From NCBI GenBank assembly GCA_035531395.1, contig DATKTA010000035.1, positions 72,736 to 136,735 on the forward strand: 64,000 nt of DNA, in the 5' to 3' direction. Numbering within the stretch: position 1 is the first letter of the stretch; the number at the start of each line of letters is the position of its first letter. Under the pieces are notes generated by a model, which saw only the letters and a list, made by a program, of their open reading frames with translations, was not told the origin of the DNA and ran no database searches. Made by a program: the position numbers and the translations under genes. Below, piece after piece: positions 38,143 through 47,651 of the stretch. The DNA is from Bacteroidales bacterium (lineage in GTDB: Bacteria; Bacteroidota; Bacteroidia; Bacteroidales; VadinHA17).

Positions 38143-40158
38143 ATGAAAAGAATCTTACACATGGCAAAAATAAAAGTGCCTTCAATTAAAATTCTGAGAA
38201 TTTTAATTATTACTGGTTTTCTTATACCGGGGTCCCTTAATAACGGCAAACTTGTTGCCCAGACTGAAGTTATGGCATGGAGCAACATTACCGGAATTCG
38301 GGTTGATGGTCAGTTAATGGAGTTTGAATCAAGCCTCAGGGTTGTTTCAGGCAACTGGATGAATATTAATTCTACAAACAGGGAAAGGCAGAGACCAAAA
38401 TATGACCGTGATGGAAACAAGCAAACTGTCAACACCAAAATCGGGGCGATAAGTTTCAGCCAGATCGTTGAAGATATAGGAATAGGAAGTACAAAGGTTA
38501 CAATAAATGCCTCTTCCGAAGCTGATACCACAATCGAAGGAGCGTTCTTTTCAATCTATTTACCTGACCGGATTTATTCTGACGGAGAGATAAGAGTTAA
38601 AAATGGTTCATCTTCAGGTAAATCACTTAAGATATCTTCCATCAAGCCAGTTGACAATGCCAGACCATTTAAGGTCTCTTCAAAAGGATTGATAGTTGAA
38701 ACGGGCAAAATAAAGCTGGATATTGATTTTGATAAAACAAGTAATATTTTAATTAGAAACGAACCTGGTACAGATGGCATACAATTGTATATCAGGCTGC
38801 TCAATTCCAGGATAAAGAAAGGTGATTCATCTGCAAAGACAATTACAATTAAAAGTTCCGGGGAGATAGACCATTCTCCTGTTGAGATAGCTATTAATTC
38901 ACATAATCCCGGGCGTAAATTTGAAGGCCTTGGCGGTAACTTCAGGCTGCAAAATCCGACAACTGACCCTCAGGTCATTGACTATTGTCTTGATAATATG
39001 CGTGTTGCATGGGGCCGTGTTGAAATGCCCTGGGCATTCTGGCATCCTGATGAAAACAGTGATCCGATTGGAGAAGCAGAGGCTGGCAAGCTTAATCCAC
39101 GAGTACATGCTGCCATGATGATGGCCCAGAGACTGACAAAGACAGGTATGCCAGTAATTATCAGTGACTGGTCAGCACCTGCCTGGGTTATACTTGGTGA
39201 TCCGAGGGATGCTTTCAGAAACCGGTCAAAGGGGATTTATGGTTACCAGCTGAATCCGGATAAAACTGAAAAAATATACAGATCGATCGGTGACTATATC
39301 CAATATATGAAAGATAACTACGGTGTTGAAGCAGATATGTTTTCATTCAATGAATCAGATCTGGGAATCAATGTACGGCATACTGGTAAAGAACATGCAG
39401 AGTTTATTAAAGGACTGGGAGCACATCTCTCAAAGCGCGGCCTGGCAACCAAACTGCTGCTTGGAGATAATTCAGACGCCACTACATTTGATTTTATTAT
39501 TCCGGCCATGAATGATCCGGAGACACATAAATATATTGGAGCCGTCTCCTTTCATTCGTGGAGAGGATGCACAGATGAGACACTGAAAAAATGGGCCGGT
39601 GCTGCCAGGGAATTAAATCTCCCTCTTATTGTCGGAGAAGGAAGTACAGACGCAGCAGCCTGGAACTACCCGGAAATATTCTCTGAAGAGTCTTTTGCAT
39701 TCTATGAGATTAATCTCTATACAAGGATTTTATCAACCTGTGAACCAATCTCAATTCTTCAGTGGCAGCTGACAGCAGACTATTCATTATTAACCGGTGC
39801 CGGTATTTTCGGTACCCAGGGTCCTCTGCTTCCAACCCAGCGATTCTGGAACCTTAAGCAATTGTCTGCCACACCGTCAGAATCATTTGCACTGCCACTT
39901 AAAAGCAGTAAGGATGGAATAAACTGTGCAGCATTTGGTAATATTGCCCGCGGTGAATACACCCTTCACATTGTAAATAACGGAGCTTCCTGCCAGGCTT
40001 CTGTAACGGGTATCCCTGAAGGAGTATCTTCATTAGAGATATTTGTTACAGACAAAACAAAAGGAATGGAAAAAGTTGGTGAAGCTATTGTCACTGATGG
40101 CAGAACTGAATTTACTCTGCAAAAAGCCGGCTTCACAACCCTGATTGGCAGGAAATAG
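38143..40158 (+). CDS. Putative secreted glycoside hydrolase (clan GH-A / GH30-like catalytic region plus N-terminal beta domain)
   Basis: Signal peptide. FEGLGGNF, SFNESDLG and VGEGSTD segments resemble GH30-type motifs. Family not verified. Confidence 0.4.
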   Translation: MKRILHMAKIKVPSIKILRILIITGFLIPGSLNNGKLVAQTEVMAWSNITGIRVDGQLMEFESSLRVVSGNWMNINSTNRERQRPKYDRDGNKQTVNTKIGAISFSQIVEDIGIGSTKVTINASSEADTTIEGAFFSIYLPDRIYSDGEIRVKNGSSSGKSLKISSIKPVDNARPFKVSSKGLIVETGKIKLDIDFDKTSNILIRNEPGTDGIQLYIRLLNSRIKKGDSSAKTITIKSSGEIDHSPVEIAINSHNPGRKFEGLGGNFRLQNPTTDPQVIDYCLDNMRVAWGRVEMPWAFWHPDENSDPIGEAEAGKLNPRVHAAMMMAQRLTKTGMPVIISDWSAPAWVILGDPRDAFRNRSKGIYGYQLNPDKTEKIYRSIGDYIQYMKDNYGVEADMFSFNESDLGINVRHTGKEHAEFIKGLGAHLSKRGLATKLLLGDNSDATTFDFIIPAMNDPETHKYIGAVSFHSWRGCTDETLKKWAGAARELNLPLIVGEGSTDAAAWNYPEIFSEESFAFYEINLYTRILSTCEPISILQWQLTADYSLLTGAGIFGTQGPLLPTQRFWNLKQLSATPSESFALPLKSSKDGINCAAFGNIARGEYTLHIVNNGASCQASVTGIPEGVSSLEIFVTDKTKGMEKVGEAIVTDGRTEFTLQKAGFTTLIGRK

Positions 40159-40186
40159 AATAAATCTGCATTCAACAGGCAGGAAA

Positions 40187-40453
40187 CTACTTATGCTTCC
40201 ATCTATCGAGCTTGCTGATATGGGATGTATAAAACCATCTTTTTATTGGACCTACACCCATCTCCTTCAGTTTTTCTTTTACAAGTTTTACCATTTCTGC
40301 TGAAGTGGTAAAATTATCTTTAAAGGAACCTCCCTCATAACAAAAACTGCAGTATTTAACTGTTATTGAGCCATCTGCATTAGTTCCTCCCCTGGCTGGA
40401 TCTTTTTCCATTGGCATTCCGCAACTCTGGCAGAACTTATCAAATTTTTCCAT
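40187..40453 (-). CDS. Small zinc-ribbon domain protein
   Basis: CQSCGMP...CSFC cysteine pairs. 88 aa. Confidence 0.6.
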   Translation of the reverse strand: MEKFDKFCQSCGMPMEKDPARGGTNADGSITVKYCSFCYEGGSFKDNFTTSAEMVKLVKEKLKEMGVGPIKRWFYTSHISKLDRWKHK

Positions 40454-40669
40454 AAGTCATGTAATATGATTAGTTTTTAATCAAAGAACTGACTATAATT
40501 TAAACCTTTTCAAATAAATAGCATCATTGTCAATTGTTTTTTTCTAATTTTATATGAAAACCTGCTTTTATATATATAAATCAGACACCTTAAATCCATT
40601 AACATTAATCTTTATTAAATTTGAAAATGCTCTTTTTCGTATCTCACTTTAATTTTGATTGCCAATAAA

Positions 40670-41332
40670 ATGATACAGATACAAACCACTACTCTTGACT
40701 TTCTCAACTTGCTAATGCGTAATAATAATAAGGAATGGTTCGATAAACACAGGACTGATTATCTTGCTGCTAAAGCCAACTTTGAAAGTTTTGTGCAGGC
40801 ACTTTTAAATGAAATAACTGGTTTTGATCCGATTATGAAAGGACTTGAAGCTAAAAGCTGCATTTTCAGAATAAACAGGGATATAAGATTTTCTCATGAC
40901 AAATCTCCTTATAAAACCAATATGGGTGCATTCATGGTTAAGGGAGGCAAAAAGAACGGAGACAAATTTGCAGGATACTATTTCCACATAGAACCAGGAA
41001 AAAGCATGCTTGCTGGTGGTGCATATTTACCTCCTGCTCAATGGCTTACTGCAATAAGGGAGAAAATAGATGATGAACCTGCCACTCTTCTAAAGGCAAT
41101 TAATACCCCGGAATTCAAAAAGTATTTCGGACAGCTTGAGGGAGAAAAATTAAAAAAAGCACCAAAGGGCTTTGATCCCGGACACAAATACATTGAACTA
41201 CTTAAGTTCAAAAGTTTTTTAGCAATCCATAACCCACTTGATAAACAAATACTTGGATCTGATTACCTGAAGTATTCTGCTGAAGTATTCAGAGCCATGA
41301 AACCATTGAATGATTTTCTGAATGAGTACTAA
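40670..41332 (+). CDS. DUF2461 (TIGR02453) family protein
   Basis: FLNLLMRNNNKEWFDKHRTDY and RINRDIRFSHDKSPYKT motifs. The TTG at 40655 was replaced by the ATG at 40670. Confidence 0.75.
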   Translation: MIQIQTTTLDFLNLLMRNNNKEWFDKHRTDYLAAKANFESFVQALLNEITGFDPIMKGLEAKSCIFRINRDIRFSHDKSPYKTNMGAFMVKGGKKNGDKFAGYYFHIEPGKSMLAGGAYLPPAQWLTAIREKIDDEPATLLKAINTPEFKKYFGQLEGEKLKKAPKGFDPGHKYIELLKFKSFLAIHNPLDKQILGSDYLKYSAEVFRAMKPLNDFLNEY

Positions 41333-42929
41333 GTACCTTACAAGGATTACCCTTGTAGCCACTCTGGGTGGCTTCCTGTTTGGTTTTGATACGGCAGTTG
41401 TCAATGGTGCTGAAAAATCTCTTGTCGGCTTGTTTATTTCAAAAGCGCTTGATCCATCAAACTATGAATATGCACGAATACTGATAACTCAGTACAGGTG
41501 GCTTGTCACATCTGTCTTCCTGGTAATTTATTTTATTGTAACAGGACAATTGTTAAGGCTTTTGGGATTCCGGCGCGGCGTAATATCAGGCATCATCATA
41601 CTAATTCCACTGGTAATTTTCCTTTCAGGATATTTAAGTAAGTCTGTGCCATTACAGGAAAATACAGATTCGATCAGGGACATAACCGATTCAGTCAAAG
41701 GTTTTGTGGTCTCCAGCGCTCTTGTAGGATGTATTATCGGAGCAGCATTATCAGGTTTTATTGCAAAAGCATTAGGCAGGAAAACCGGGCTGATAATAAC
41801 GGCCCTTTTCTTTTCAATCTCTGCATTTGGTGCATGGCAGCCTGAAGCACTTAACATTTTCGGAACACTCGATGTTTATTCATTTATAATCTACAGAATT
41901 TTGGGAGGCATAGGTATTGGACTTGCTTCGATCCTATCCCCGATGTATATAGCTGAAATTTCTCCTGCGCAGATCCGTGGAAGACTGGTTTCATGGAACC
42001 AGTTTGCAATTATTTCAGGAATGGTATTAATATACTTCGTTAACTACCTGATTGCCAGGAGTGGCAACGATGATTGGCTGATTAACGTCGGCTGGAGATG
42101 GATGTTCTTTTCCGGTGTAATTCCTGCAGTACTCTTTCTGGTTCTTTTGTTTTTTATCCCTGAGACTCCGCGATACCTGATGATAAAAAACAGGAAACTC
42201 AAGGCTCTTGAAACTATTGTCAGGATTTCAGGACCTGAACATGCAACAAAAATCCAGTCAGAAATAGAATCAACTCTTCATGAAAAGAATGCACCCTGGC
42301 TTTCATTTGGTCACACGGTAATAATAATTGGAATAATATTATCTGTATTTCAACAATTTGTAGGGATCAATGTTGTAATGTACTATGCAGCAAACATTTT
42401 CAGGAATATGGGTGCCAGCACTGATTCTTCACTGCTGCAGACCATAATAGTTGGAATAATAAATATGCTGTTTACAATAATTGCAATATTTACGGTCGAC
42501 CGTTTCGGCAGAAAACCGCTTATGATTGCAGGAGCTTTGATAATGAGTATTTCAATGCTATCTTTAGGATTCTCATTTTATTCAGGCAGTACAGGACTAA
42601 CAGCTCTTGTATTCATGCTGCTCTATATTGCGGGATTTGCAATGAGCTGGGGTCCGGTAACATGGGTTCTTCTATCCGAAATATTCCCAAACAGTATACG
42701 TGGTGCAATGTCTATACCAGTTTCCACCCTGTGGATTTCAAACCTTATTGTTTCATGGACATTTCCCATGATGAATGACAACGTATGGCTTACTGGGAAG
42801 TTCAACCATGGTTTTTCCTACTGGATCTATGGAATAATGTGCCTTGCGGCCCTCTTTTTTGTCTGGAAATTTATTCCTGAAACAAAAGGAAAATCACTGG
42901 AGGAGATTGAAAAATTCTGGAAAAAGTGA
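41322..42929 (+). CDS. MFS sugar-porter family transporter with an insertion after TM1
   Basis: GGFLFGFDTAV, PETPRYL and PETKGKSLEEIE signatures. Overlaps the upstream gene by 11 nt. Confidence 0.85.
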   Translation: MSTKYLTRITLVATLGGFLFGFDTAVVNGAEKSLVGLFISKALDPSNYEYARILITQYRWLVTSVFLVIYFIVTGQLLRLLGFRRGVISGIIILIPLVIFLSGYLSKSVPLQENTDSIRDITDSVKGFVVSSALVGCIIGAALSGFIAKALGRKTGLIITALFFSISAFGAWQPEALNIFGTLDVYSFIIYRILGGIGIGLASILSPMYIAEISPAQIRGRLVSWNQFAIISGMVLIYFVNYLIARSGNDDWLINVGWRWMFFSGVIPAVLFLVLLFFIPETPRYLMIKNRKLKALETIVRISGPEHATKIQSEIESTLHEKNAPWLSFGHTVIIIGIILSVFQQFVGINVVMYYAANIFRNMGASTDSSLLQTIIVGIINMLFTIIAIFTVDRFGRKPLMIAGALIMSISMLSLGFSFYSGSTGLTALVFMLLYIAGFAMSWGPVTWVLLSEIFPNSIRGAMSIPVSTLWISNLIVSWTFPMMNDNVWLTGKFNHGFSYWIYGIMCLAALFFVWKFIPETKGKSLEEIEKFWKK

Positions 42930-42938
42930 TTTTCACTC

Positions 42939-43595
42939 TTACAGAGCACCGCCAAGATTAGTCAGTATCCATTTTACACTGGCTCTGCTCCGGTAATCAG
43001 GATTAAAATATACAGCTGTAATTATTCCGTCCTTATTCATAATATAGGTTGCAGGAACAGGCAAATTTGCAGCTTCCCTCCCATTGTTCTTTGCAATATC
43101 AATCGAATACCCTTTTGCCAGCTTATCCTGGTAATCCTTTGTAACACTGAACATTACATCGTAATCCTTCATGATTTTTTCCTGACAGTCGTAAATCACT
43201 GTATAAGTAAGGTTGTGCATTTTTACTGTCTGCTCAACATTCTCTATTGATTCCGGAGTTATTGCAATAACCCTGAATCCCATACCTGTTATTACATTCA
43301 GTGAATCCTGATAATCATTAAGTACCTTACTGCAGACAGTACACCACTTTCCCCGATAAAAAAACAGAACAACCGGCCCTTCCTTCAGCAGTTCGTTTAA
43401 CTCAACCTGTATTCCGTTCTGGTCATAACCAACGAAATCAGGAGCTTTGTCTCCGGGCTGCAGCCCTGCTGGTGCAGTTTCTTCTGAAACATTCATACCA
43501 AAACGGGCGTAGTCAAATGCCTGTCCGTAAGTGAAAGCAGAAAAAGAGATAATAGTAAATACCAAAGCAAGTCTTAAAACATTCTTCATTTGCAT
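42939..43595 (-). CDS. Thioredoxin-fold redoxin (AhpC/TSA family) with signal peptide
   Basis: FFYRGKWCTVCSK is a CxxC-type motif. 218 aa. Confidence 0.75.
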   Translation of the reverse strand: MQMKNVLRLALVFTIISFSAFTYGQAFDYARFGMNVSEETAPAGLQPGDKAPDFVGYDQNGIQVELNELLKEGPVVLFFYRGKWCTVCSKVLNDYQDSLNVITGMGFRVIAITPESIENVEQTVKMHNLTYTVIYDCQEKIMKDYDVMFSVTKDYQDKLAKGYSIDIAKNNGREAANLPVPATYIMNKDGIITAVYFNPDYRSRASVKWILTNLGGAL

Positions 43596-43614
43596 ACCTG
43601 TTAATTCTTAATAG

Positions 43615-45396
43615 TCAACTAAATTTATAGGTAGGTATCTTTCTCATTCTTAGATTAAGAGGAGTAACCTCAAGGTACTCGTCTTCCTTAATCTGTTCCA
43701 TTGCTTCCTCCAGTGAGAACTTGAGCTTTGGTGCAATCCTGAGTCCTTCATCTGATCCTGAGGCCCTCATATTTGTAAGCTTTTTTCCCTTTATAATATT
43801 TACTTCAAGGTCACCCTGCCTGGTGTGTTCTCCAACAACCTGTCCCCTGTAAACCTGCTCACCCGGATCAATATAAAACCGTCCCCTGTCCTGCAGTCGG
43901 TCAATAGCATAACCGGTAGCCATTCCCATGTCAAGAGATATCAGAGATCCGTTTTGTTTTGGGAGCAGATCATCGCCCTTGTATTTATCATATGCACGGA
44001 ACCGGTGATGCATAACAGCTTCTCCAGCAGTTGCAGTAAGCATGTTGTTCCTCAGGCCTATCAGCCCCCTTGAAGGAATGTCAAATTCCAGGTGGATGAG
44101 ATCGCCTTTCGGCTCAATTATTATCATCTCCCCTTTTCGCTGAGTGACTAATTCAATTGCTTTTCCTGAAAAATCAGGTGGAAGATCAATAGTCAGGGTC
44201 TCATATGGCTCCGATTTTATCCCCTCTATGTCTTTAAGGATTACCTGTGGTTTGCCTACCTGGAACTCAAATCCTTCGCGCCGCATTGTTTCAATAAGAA
44301 TTGAAAGATGAAGTATGCCCCGGCCAAAAACATTAAATGTGTCTTCAGATTTTGTCTCCTCAACTTTTAAAGCAAGATTCTTTTCAGTTTCACGTAAAAG
44401 CCTGGTTCTGAGATGTCTTGAAGTAACTAATTTACCTTCCTTACCGAATAAAGGTGAATTGTTGATTGTAAAGACCATACTCATTGTAGGTTCATCAACT
44501 TCAATTCTTTTCAGCGCCTCTGGGGCGATCAGATCTGCAAGCGTATCTCCAATTTCAAAGTCTTCAAGACCAATGACTGCACATAAGTCTCCACAGCGGA
44601 CACTTGAAGTTTTTACCCGCCCCAGTCCCTCAAAAACATATAATTCTTTTACCCTTACTTTATTTACTTTCCCGTCCCTTTTACACAACGTATAATCAGA
44701 ACCTACATTAATATCTCCTCTGAAAACGCGACCTATAGCAATTCTTCCTACATAGCTTGAGAAATCAAGAGAGGCAATCTGCATCTGAACAGTACCGGGA
44801 ATATACTCTGGTCCCTGGATTTCCCTGATTATAATATCGAGCAAATACCTGATATCAGTACCTGGGTTTTTCCAGTCACTACCCATCCATCCAAGTTTAG
44901 AAGAGCCAAAGACAGTCTCAAAATTCAGCTGGTCATCTGAAGCGTCAAGGTTAAACATCAATTCATACACATCCTGCTGCACTTCATCAGGCCTGCAGTT
45001 TTCCTTGTCAACCTTATTGACAACCACAATTGGTTTAAGGCCAAGAGCAATCGCCTTTCCAAGAACAAACCTTGTCTGAGGCATAGGACCTTCAAGTGCA
45101 TCAACAAGCAGGAGAACACCGTCAGCCATTTTGAGAACCCGCTCCACCTCACCTCCGAAATCAGCATGTCCGGGAGTATCAATTATATTGATCTTTACTC
45201 CTTTGTAGTTAACTGCAACATTCTTTGATAGAATGGTAATACCCCGTTCCCGCTCAAGATCATTATTGTCGAGGATAAGATCACCCGCATCTTTTCTTTT
45301 ATCCAAAACCTGGCATTCCTGTATTATTCTGTCTACCAGAGTGGTCTTCCCATGGTCGACATGAGCTATGATAGCTATATTTCGTATTAATTGCAT
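43615..45396 (-). CDS. typA: Translational GTPase TypA/BipA
   Basis: [19 protein letters not shown] and [14 protein letters not shown]. Start trimmed to the ATG at 45396. Confidence 0.93.
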   Translation of the reverse strand: MQLIRNIAIIAHVDHGKTTLVDRIIQECQVLDKRKDAGDLILDNNDLERERGITILSKNVAVNYKGVKINIIDTPGHADFGGEVERVLKMADGVLLLVDALEGPMPQTRFVLGKAIALGLKPIVVVNKVDKENCRPDEVQQDVYELMFNLDASDDQLNFETVFGSSKLGWMGSDWKNPGTDIRYLLDIIIREIQGPEYIPGTVQMQIASLDFSSYVGRIAIGRVFRGDINVGSDYTLCKRDGKVNKVRVKELYVFEGLGRVKTSSVRCGDLCAVIGLEDFEIGDTLADLIAPEALKRIEVDEPTMSMVFTINNSPLFGKEGKLVTSRHLRTRLLRETEKNLALKVEETKSEDTFNVFGRGILHLSILIETMRREGFEFQVGKPQVILKDIEGIKSEPYETLTIDLPPDFSGKAIELVTQRKGEMIIIEPKGDLIHLEFDIPSRGLIGLRNNMLTATAGEAVMHHRFRAYDKYKGDDLLPKQNGSLISLDMGMATGYAIDRLQDRGRFYIDPGEQVYRGQVVGEHTRQGDLEVNIIKGKKLTNMRASGSDEGLRIAPKLKFSLEEAMEQIKEDEYLEVTPLNLRMRKIPTYKFS

Positions 45397-45511
45397 ATAA
45401 GTAAATAAGACCGCAAAAGTAATATTGTTCACCGGATTAATGTTAAAATTCATAAAAATTAATTAATGATAAAAAATTCATATATTCGGCGTAAACTTAA
45501 AAGACAGACTT

Positions 45512-46051
45512 ATGAAAAAAATGATCATCATTCTCGTTATCAGTTTATTTACTGTTCCAGGCATCTTTGCACAGGGTAATGTGAAGCTGGCTGTAGGGGT
45601 TAAAGCACCTGACTGGATGTTCACAGATTCTGAAAAGAAAGAGTTTACAATGAATTCCTGGGCGGGGAAAGTAATGCAGATCAATTATGTTGACCCGGAT
45701 GAATCAGAATTGAATGAGCCTTTTAATGAAGCAGTTAATAAAGCTGTTGATGTTGAAAAGAGAATAACCCGCGATCTCTTCAAGGGAATTGGAATAGTTG
45801 ACTGCAAGTCGACATGGAAGCCAAATGGCTTAATACGTATAATTGCAGGGAACAAAGCAAAGAAATTCAATACCACCATACTTTTTGATTATGATGCCAA
45901 ACTGCAGGAGCTATGGGGTATGCCACAGGATAACTATACGGTTGTAATTGTTGATAAGAACAGAATCTGCAGGGCTCTGTATGTCGGCAAGATCCCGGAA
46001 TCAGATAATGAGAAGATAATCAAGATGATAATTGAGTTAACAAAAGAATAA
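45512..46051 (+). CDS. Periplasmic YtfJ-like thioredoxin-fold protein
   Basis: Signal peptide. Overall colinearity with my memory of E. coli YtfJ (WAGKV..INYVD ... VVIVDKN). Not verified. Confidence 0.45.
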   Translation: MKKMIIILVISLFTVPGIFAQGNVKLAVGVKAPDWMFTDSEKKEFTMNSWAGKVMQINYVDPDESELNEPFNEAVNKAVDVEKRITRDLFKGIGIVDCKSTWKPNGLIRIIAGNKAKKFNTTILFDYDAKLQELWGMPQDNYTVVIVDKNRICRALYVGKIPESDNEKIIKMIIELTKE

Positions 46052-46128
46052 TAACTTCCAATATCCTGATACCATTACCAAATCTCCTCATAATTTCCGG
46101 CACAGGAAACAAAGCAGGCAAGACAAGC

Positions 46129-46617
46129 ATGGTTTGCAGGATTATTGAAAATTTTCCTGAGCTTGACATAACTGCAATTAAAATTACTCCGCACTTTCAT
46201 GAAACCACTGATGGTTTGATTGTTATTGATGAAGGAGATGGATATGCTATATACAGTGAGACCAATCCCGGAAGCAATAAAGATTCTTCCCGAATGTTGA
46301 GTTCAGGTGCTGTAAAAGTATATTTTGCAAAAGTCTGGGATGAAAAGCTATTGACTGTATTCAACAAGATAATGAATTACATTGAGGCTGGGAGTCCCGT
46401 AGTCTGTGAATCCCCTGCCCTCCGAAACTATATTGAACCTGGAGCATTTATTTTAATGAATTCAGATTTGCAATATAATAAAAAGAATATAAGCCATTTA
46501 CAAACATTACCTCATTTAATGATAAAACTTGAGGAGCTTGACAATATAGATTCAATATCAATTGGATTTGAAGATGGGAAATGGTTTGTTAAGCCGGAAG
46601 ACAGAAGTCAGAAGTAG
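46129..46617 (+). CDS. MobB-like P-loop protein; annotated ATG probably truncates the N-terminus
   Basis: The in-frame upstream sequence (open from 46036) reads NLLIISGTGNKAGKTS before the ATG. IKITPHFH resembles MobB IKHTHH. Confidence 0.45.
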   Translation: MVCRIIENFPELDITAIKITPHFHETTDGLIVIDEGDGYAIYSETNPGSNKDSSRMLSSGAVKVYFAKVWDEKLLTVFNKIMNYIEAGSPVVCESPALRNYIEPGAFILMNSDLQYNKKNISHLQTLPHLMIKLEELDNIDSISIGFEDGKWFVKPEDRSQK

Positions 46618-46650
46618 ATTAAATCTTCGGTCTTCGGACTTCAGTCTTCC
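46596..46650. terminator. Heptad-word hairpin between convergent genes (bidirectional terminator candidate)
   Basis: 5' arm is gaagaca gaagtca gaagtag. 3' arm is cttcggt cttcgga cttcagt cttcc. ggaagac pairs with gtcttcc at the base. Confidence 0.55.
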
Positions 46651-46652
46651 AG

Positions 46653-47480
46653 CTATTTCTCCTCATCTATATCTGAAATGTCACTTCCAAGCCTGGCCTT
46701 GATACGCTGAAGGTCATGTTTCATTCCAGCTACGGCCTGTATGAGCTGTTTCTCAGGTAAAACAGGGTCCGGCAGCTCGTTACTTATGTAATTAACAAAC
46801 TTCCATATCTCCTTTACCTCATTTATATGAACCTCATATGGTTCATAAATAGGATTAAGTGAATAAAGAACAAGTTTCCCATCCTTTCTCAGGGTATTTT
46901 CAACCACCTTGAAGACAATCCCATCATCAAGAGTAAAGACTATATAAGCTTTTCCGCTTATTATCTCCATCCAGTCCTGCACATATTCACCTGTGACCCA
47001 TGATCCATCCGGTATTGGCAGCATGGAATCGCCCTTGAGCTGGAATGTTCTGTATTTCTTCCTGTCAGACAGGAATGGCAGGGTAAATACCGGCAGTTCT
47101 CCAATATATTCAGGGTCAGCATATCCTGTTGCATAGCCGGCTTTTGCCTTTTCAGGTACCAGCTCGATGTTTTCCCTGTTCTGAGAGTTTACCGTGGTAG
47201 TTAATACTCTCAGATTACTACCTTTTACATAAGCATCATATCCGCGTTCCAGTTCACCAAGCTGACTCTCTGACAGTTTTGAGATATCAAGCTTCAGTAT
47301 TGTATCGATGGATATATTAAAATACCCTGAAAATGAGATAAGTATCTCTATCCCAGGCTGAGCTACACCGTTCTCATAGCCACTTAGCGTTGAACGTTTG
47401 AGGTTAAGGGCAAATGCTACATCATCCTGTGTACGCCCTCTCCTTTTTCTTAGAAATTTTATGTTGGAAGCAAAATACAT
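46653..47480 (-). CDS. LexA-like repressor: XRE-type HTH plus S24 autopeptidase domain
   Basis: N-terminal HTH (RGRTQDDVAFALNLKRSTLSGYENG). C-terminal LKGDSMLP serine motif and a downstream Lys region. Divergent from the polymerase genes. Confidence 0.8.
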   Translation of the reverse strand: MYFASNIKFLRKRRGRTQDDVAFALNLKRSTLSGYENGVAQPGIEILISFSGYFNISIDTILKLDISKLSESQLGELERGYDAYVKGSNLRVLTTTVNSQNRENIELVPEKAKAGYATGYADPEYIGELPVFTLPFLSDRKKYRTFQLKGDSMLPIPDGSWVTGEYVQDWMEIISGKAYIVFTLDDGIVFKVVENTLRKDGKLVLYSLNPIYEPYEVHINEVKEIWKFVNYISNELPDPVLPEKQLIQAVAGMKHDLQRIKARLGSDISDIDEEK

Positions 47481-47491
47481 AATAAAATATT

Positions 47492-47533
47492 TGATTATAT
47501 TGTAATCATTGATTTGATTAATTTCTAATCAAA
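47492..47533. promoter_or_regulatory. Two tandem palindromes TGATTA-N5-TAATCA (candidate operators); the second overlaps a TAnnTTTG-type -7 box on the minus strand
   Basis: tgatta tattg taatca at 47492-47508. tttgatta atttc taatcaaa at 47513-47533. The minus strand reads TACTTTTG at 47537-47530. Confidence 0.5.
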
Positions 47534-47580
47534 AGTAAAATATATAATCTAATTATCCAAGATATTAATGGAAAAAGTTT

Positions 47581-47640
47581 GGAGTGAGCTAAAGTCTGGA
47601 GTACTTAAAGTCACAACAACTTTAGGCACTTTAGGCACTT
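47581..47640 (+). promoter_or_regulatory. Imperfect hairpin module ending 11 nt before the Y-family polymerase start codon
   Basis: ggagtgagctaaagt / ctggagtacttaaagt pairs with ctttaggcact x2 (ctaaagt:actttag plus gagtg:cact). Confidence 0.55.
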
Positions 47641-47651
47641 AAAACTACAAA

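Noticed and set aside
46041-46051. Programmed -1 frameshift fusing the YtfJ-like protein to the MobB-like P-loop protein.
   Set aside because: Only a single-codon slippery A-AAA-G is present and no downstream stimulatory structure is evident. A fusion of a signal-peptide protein to a cytosolic NTPase is implausible. It is kept only as a remote alternative in the finding.
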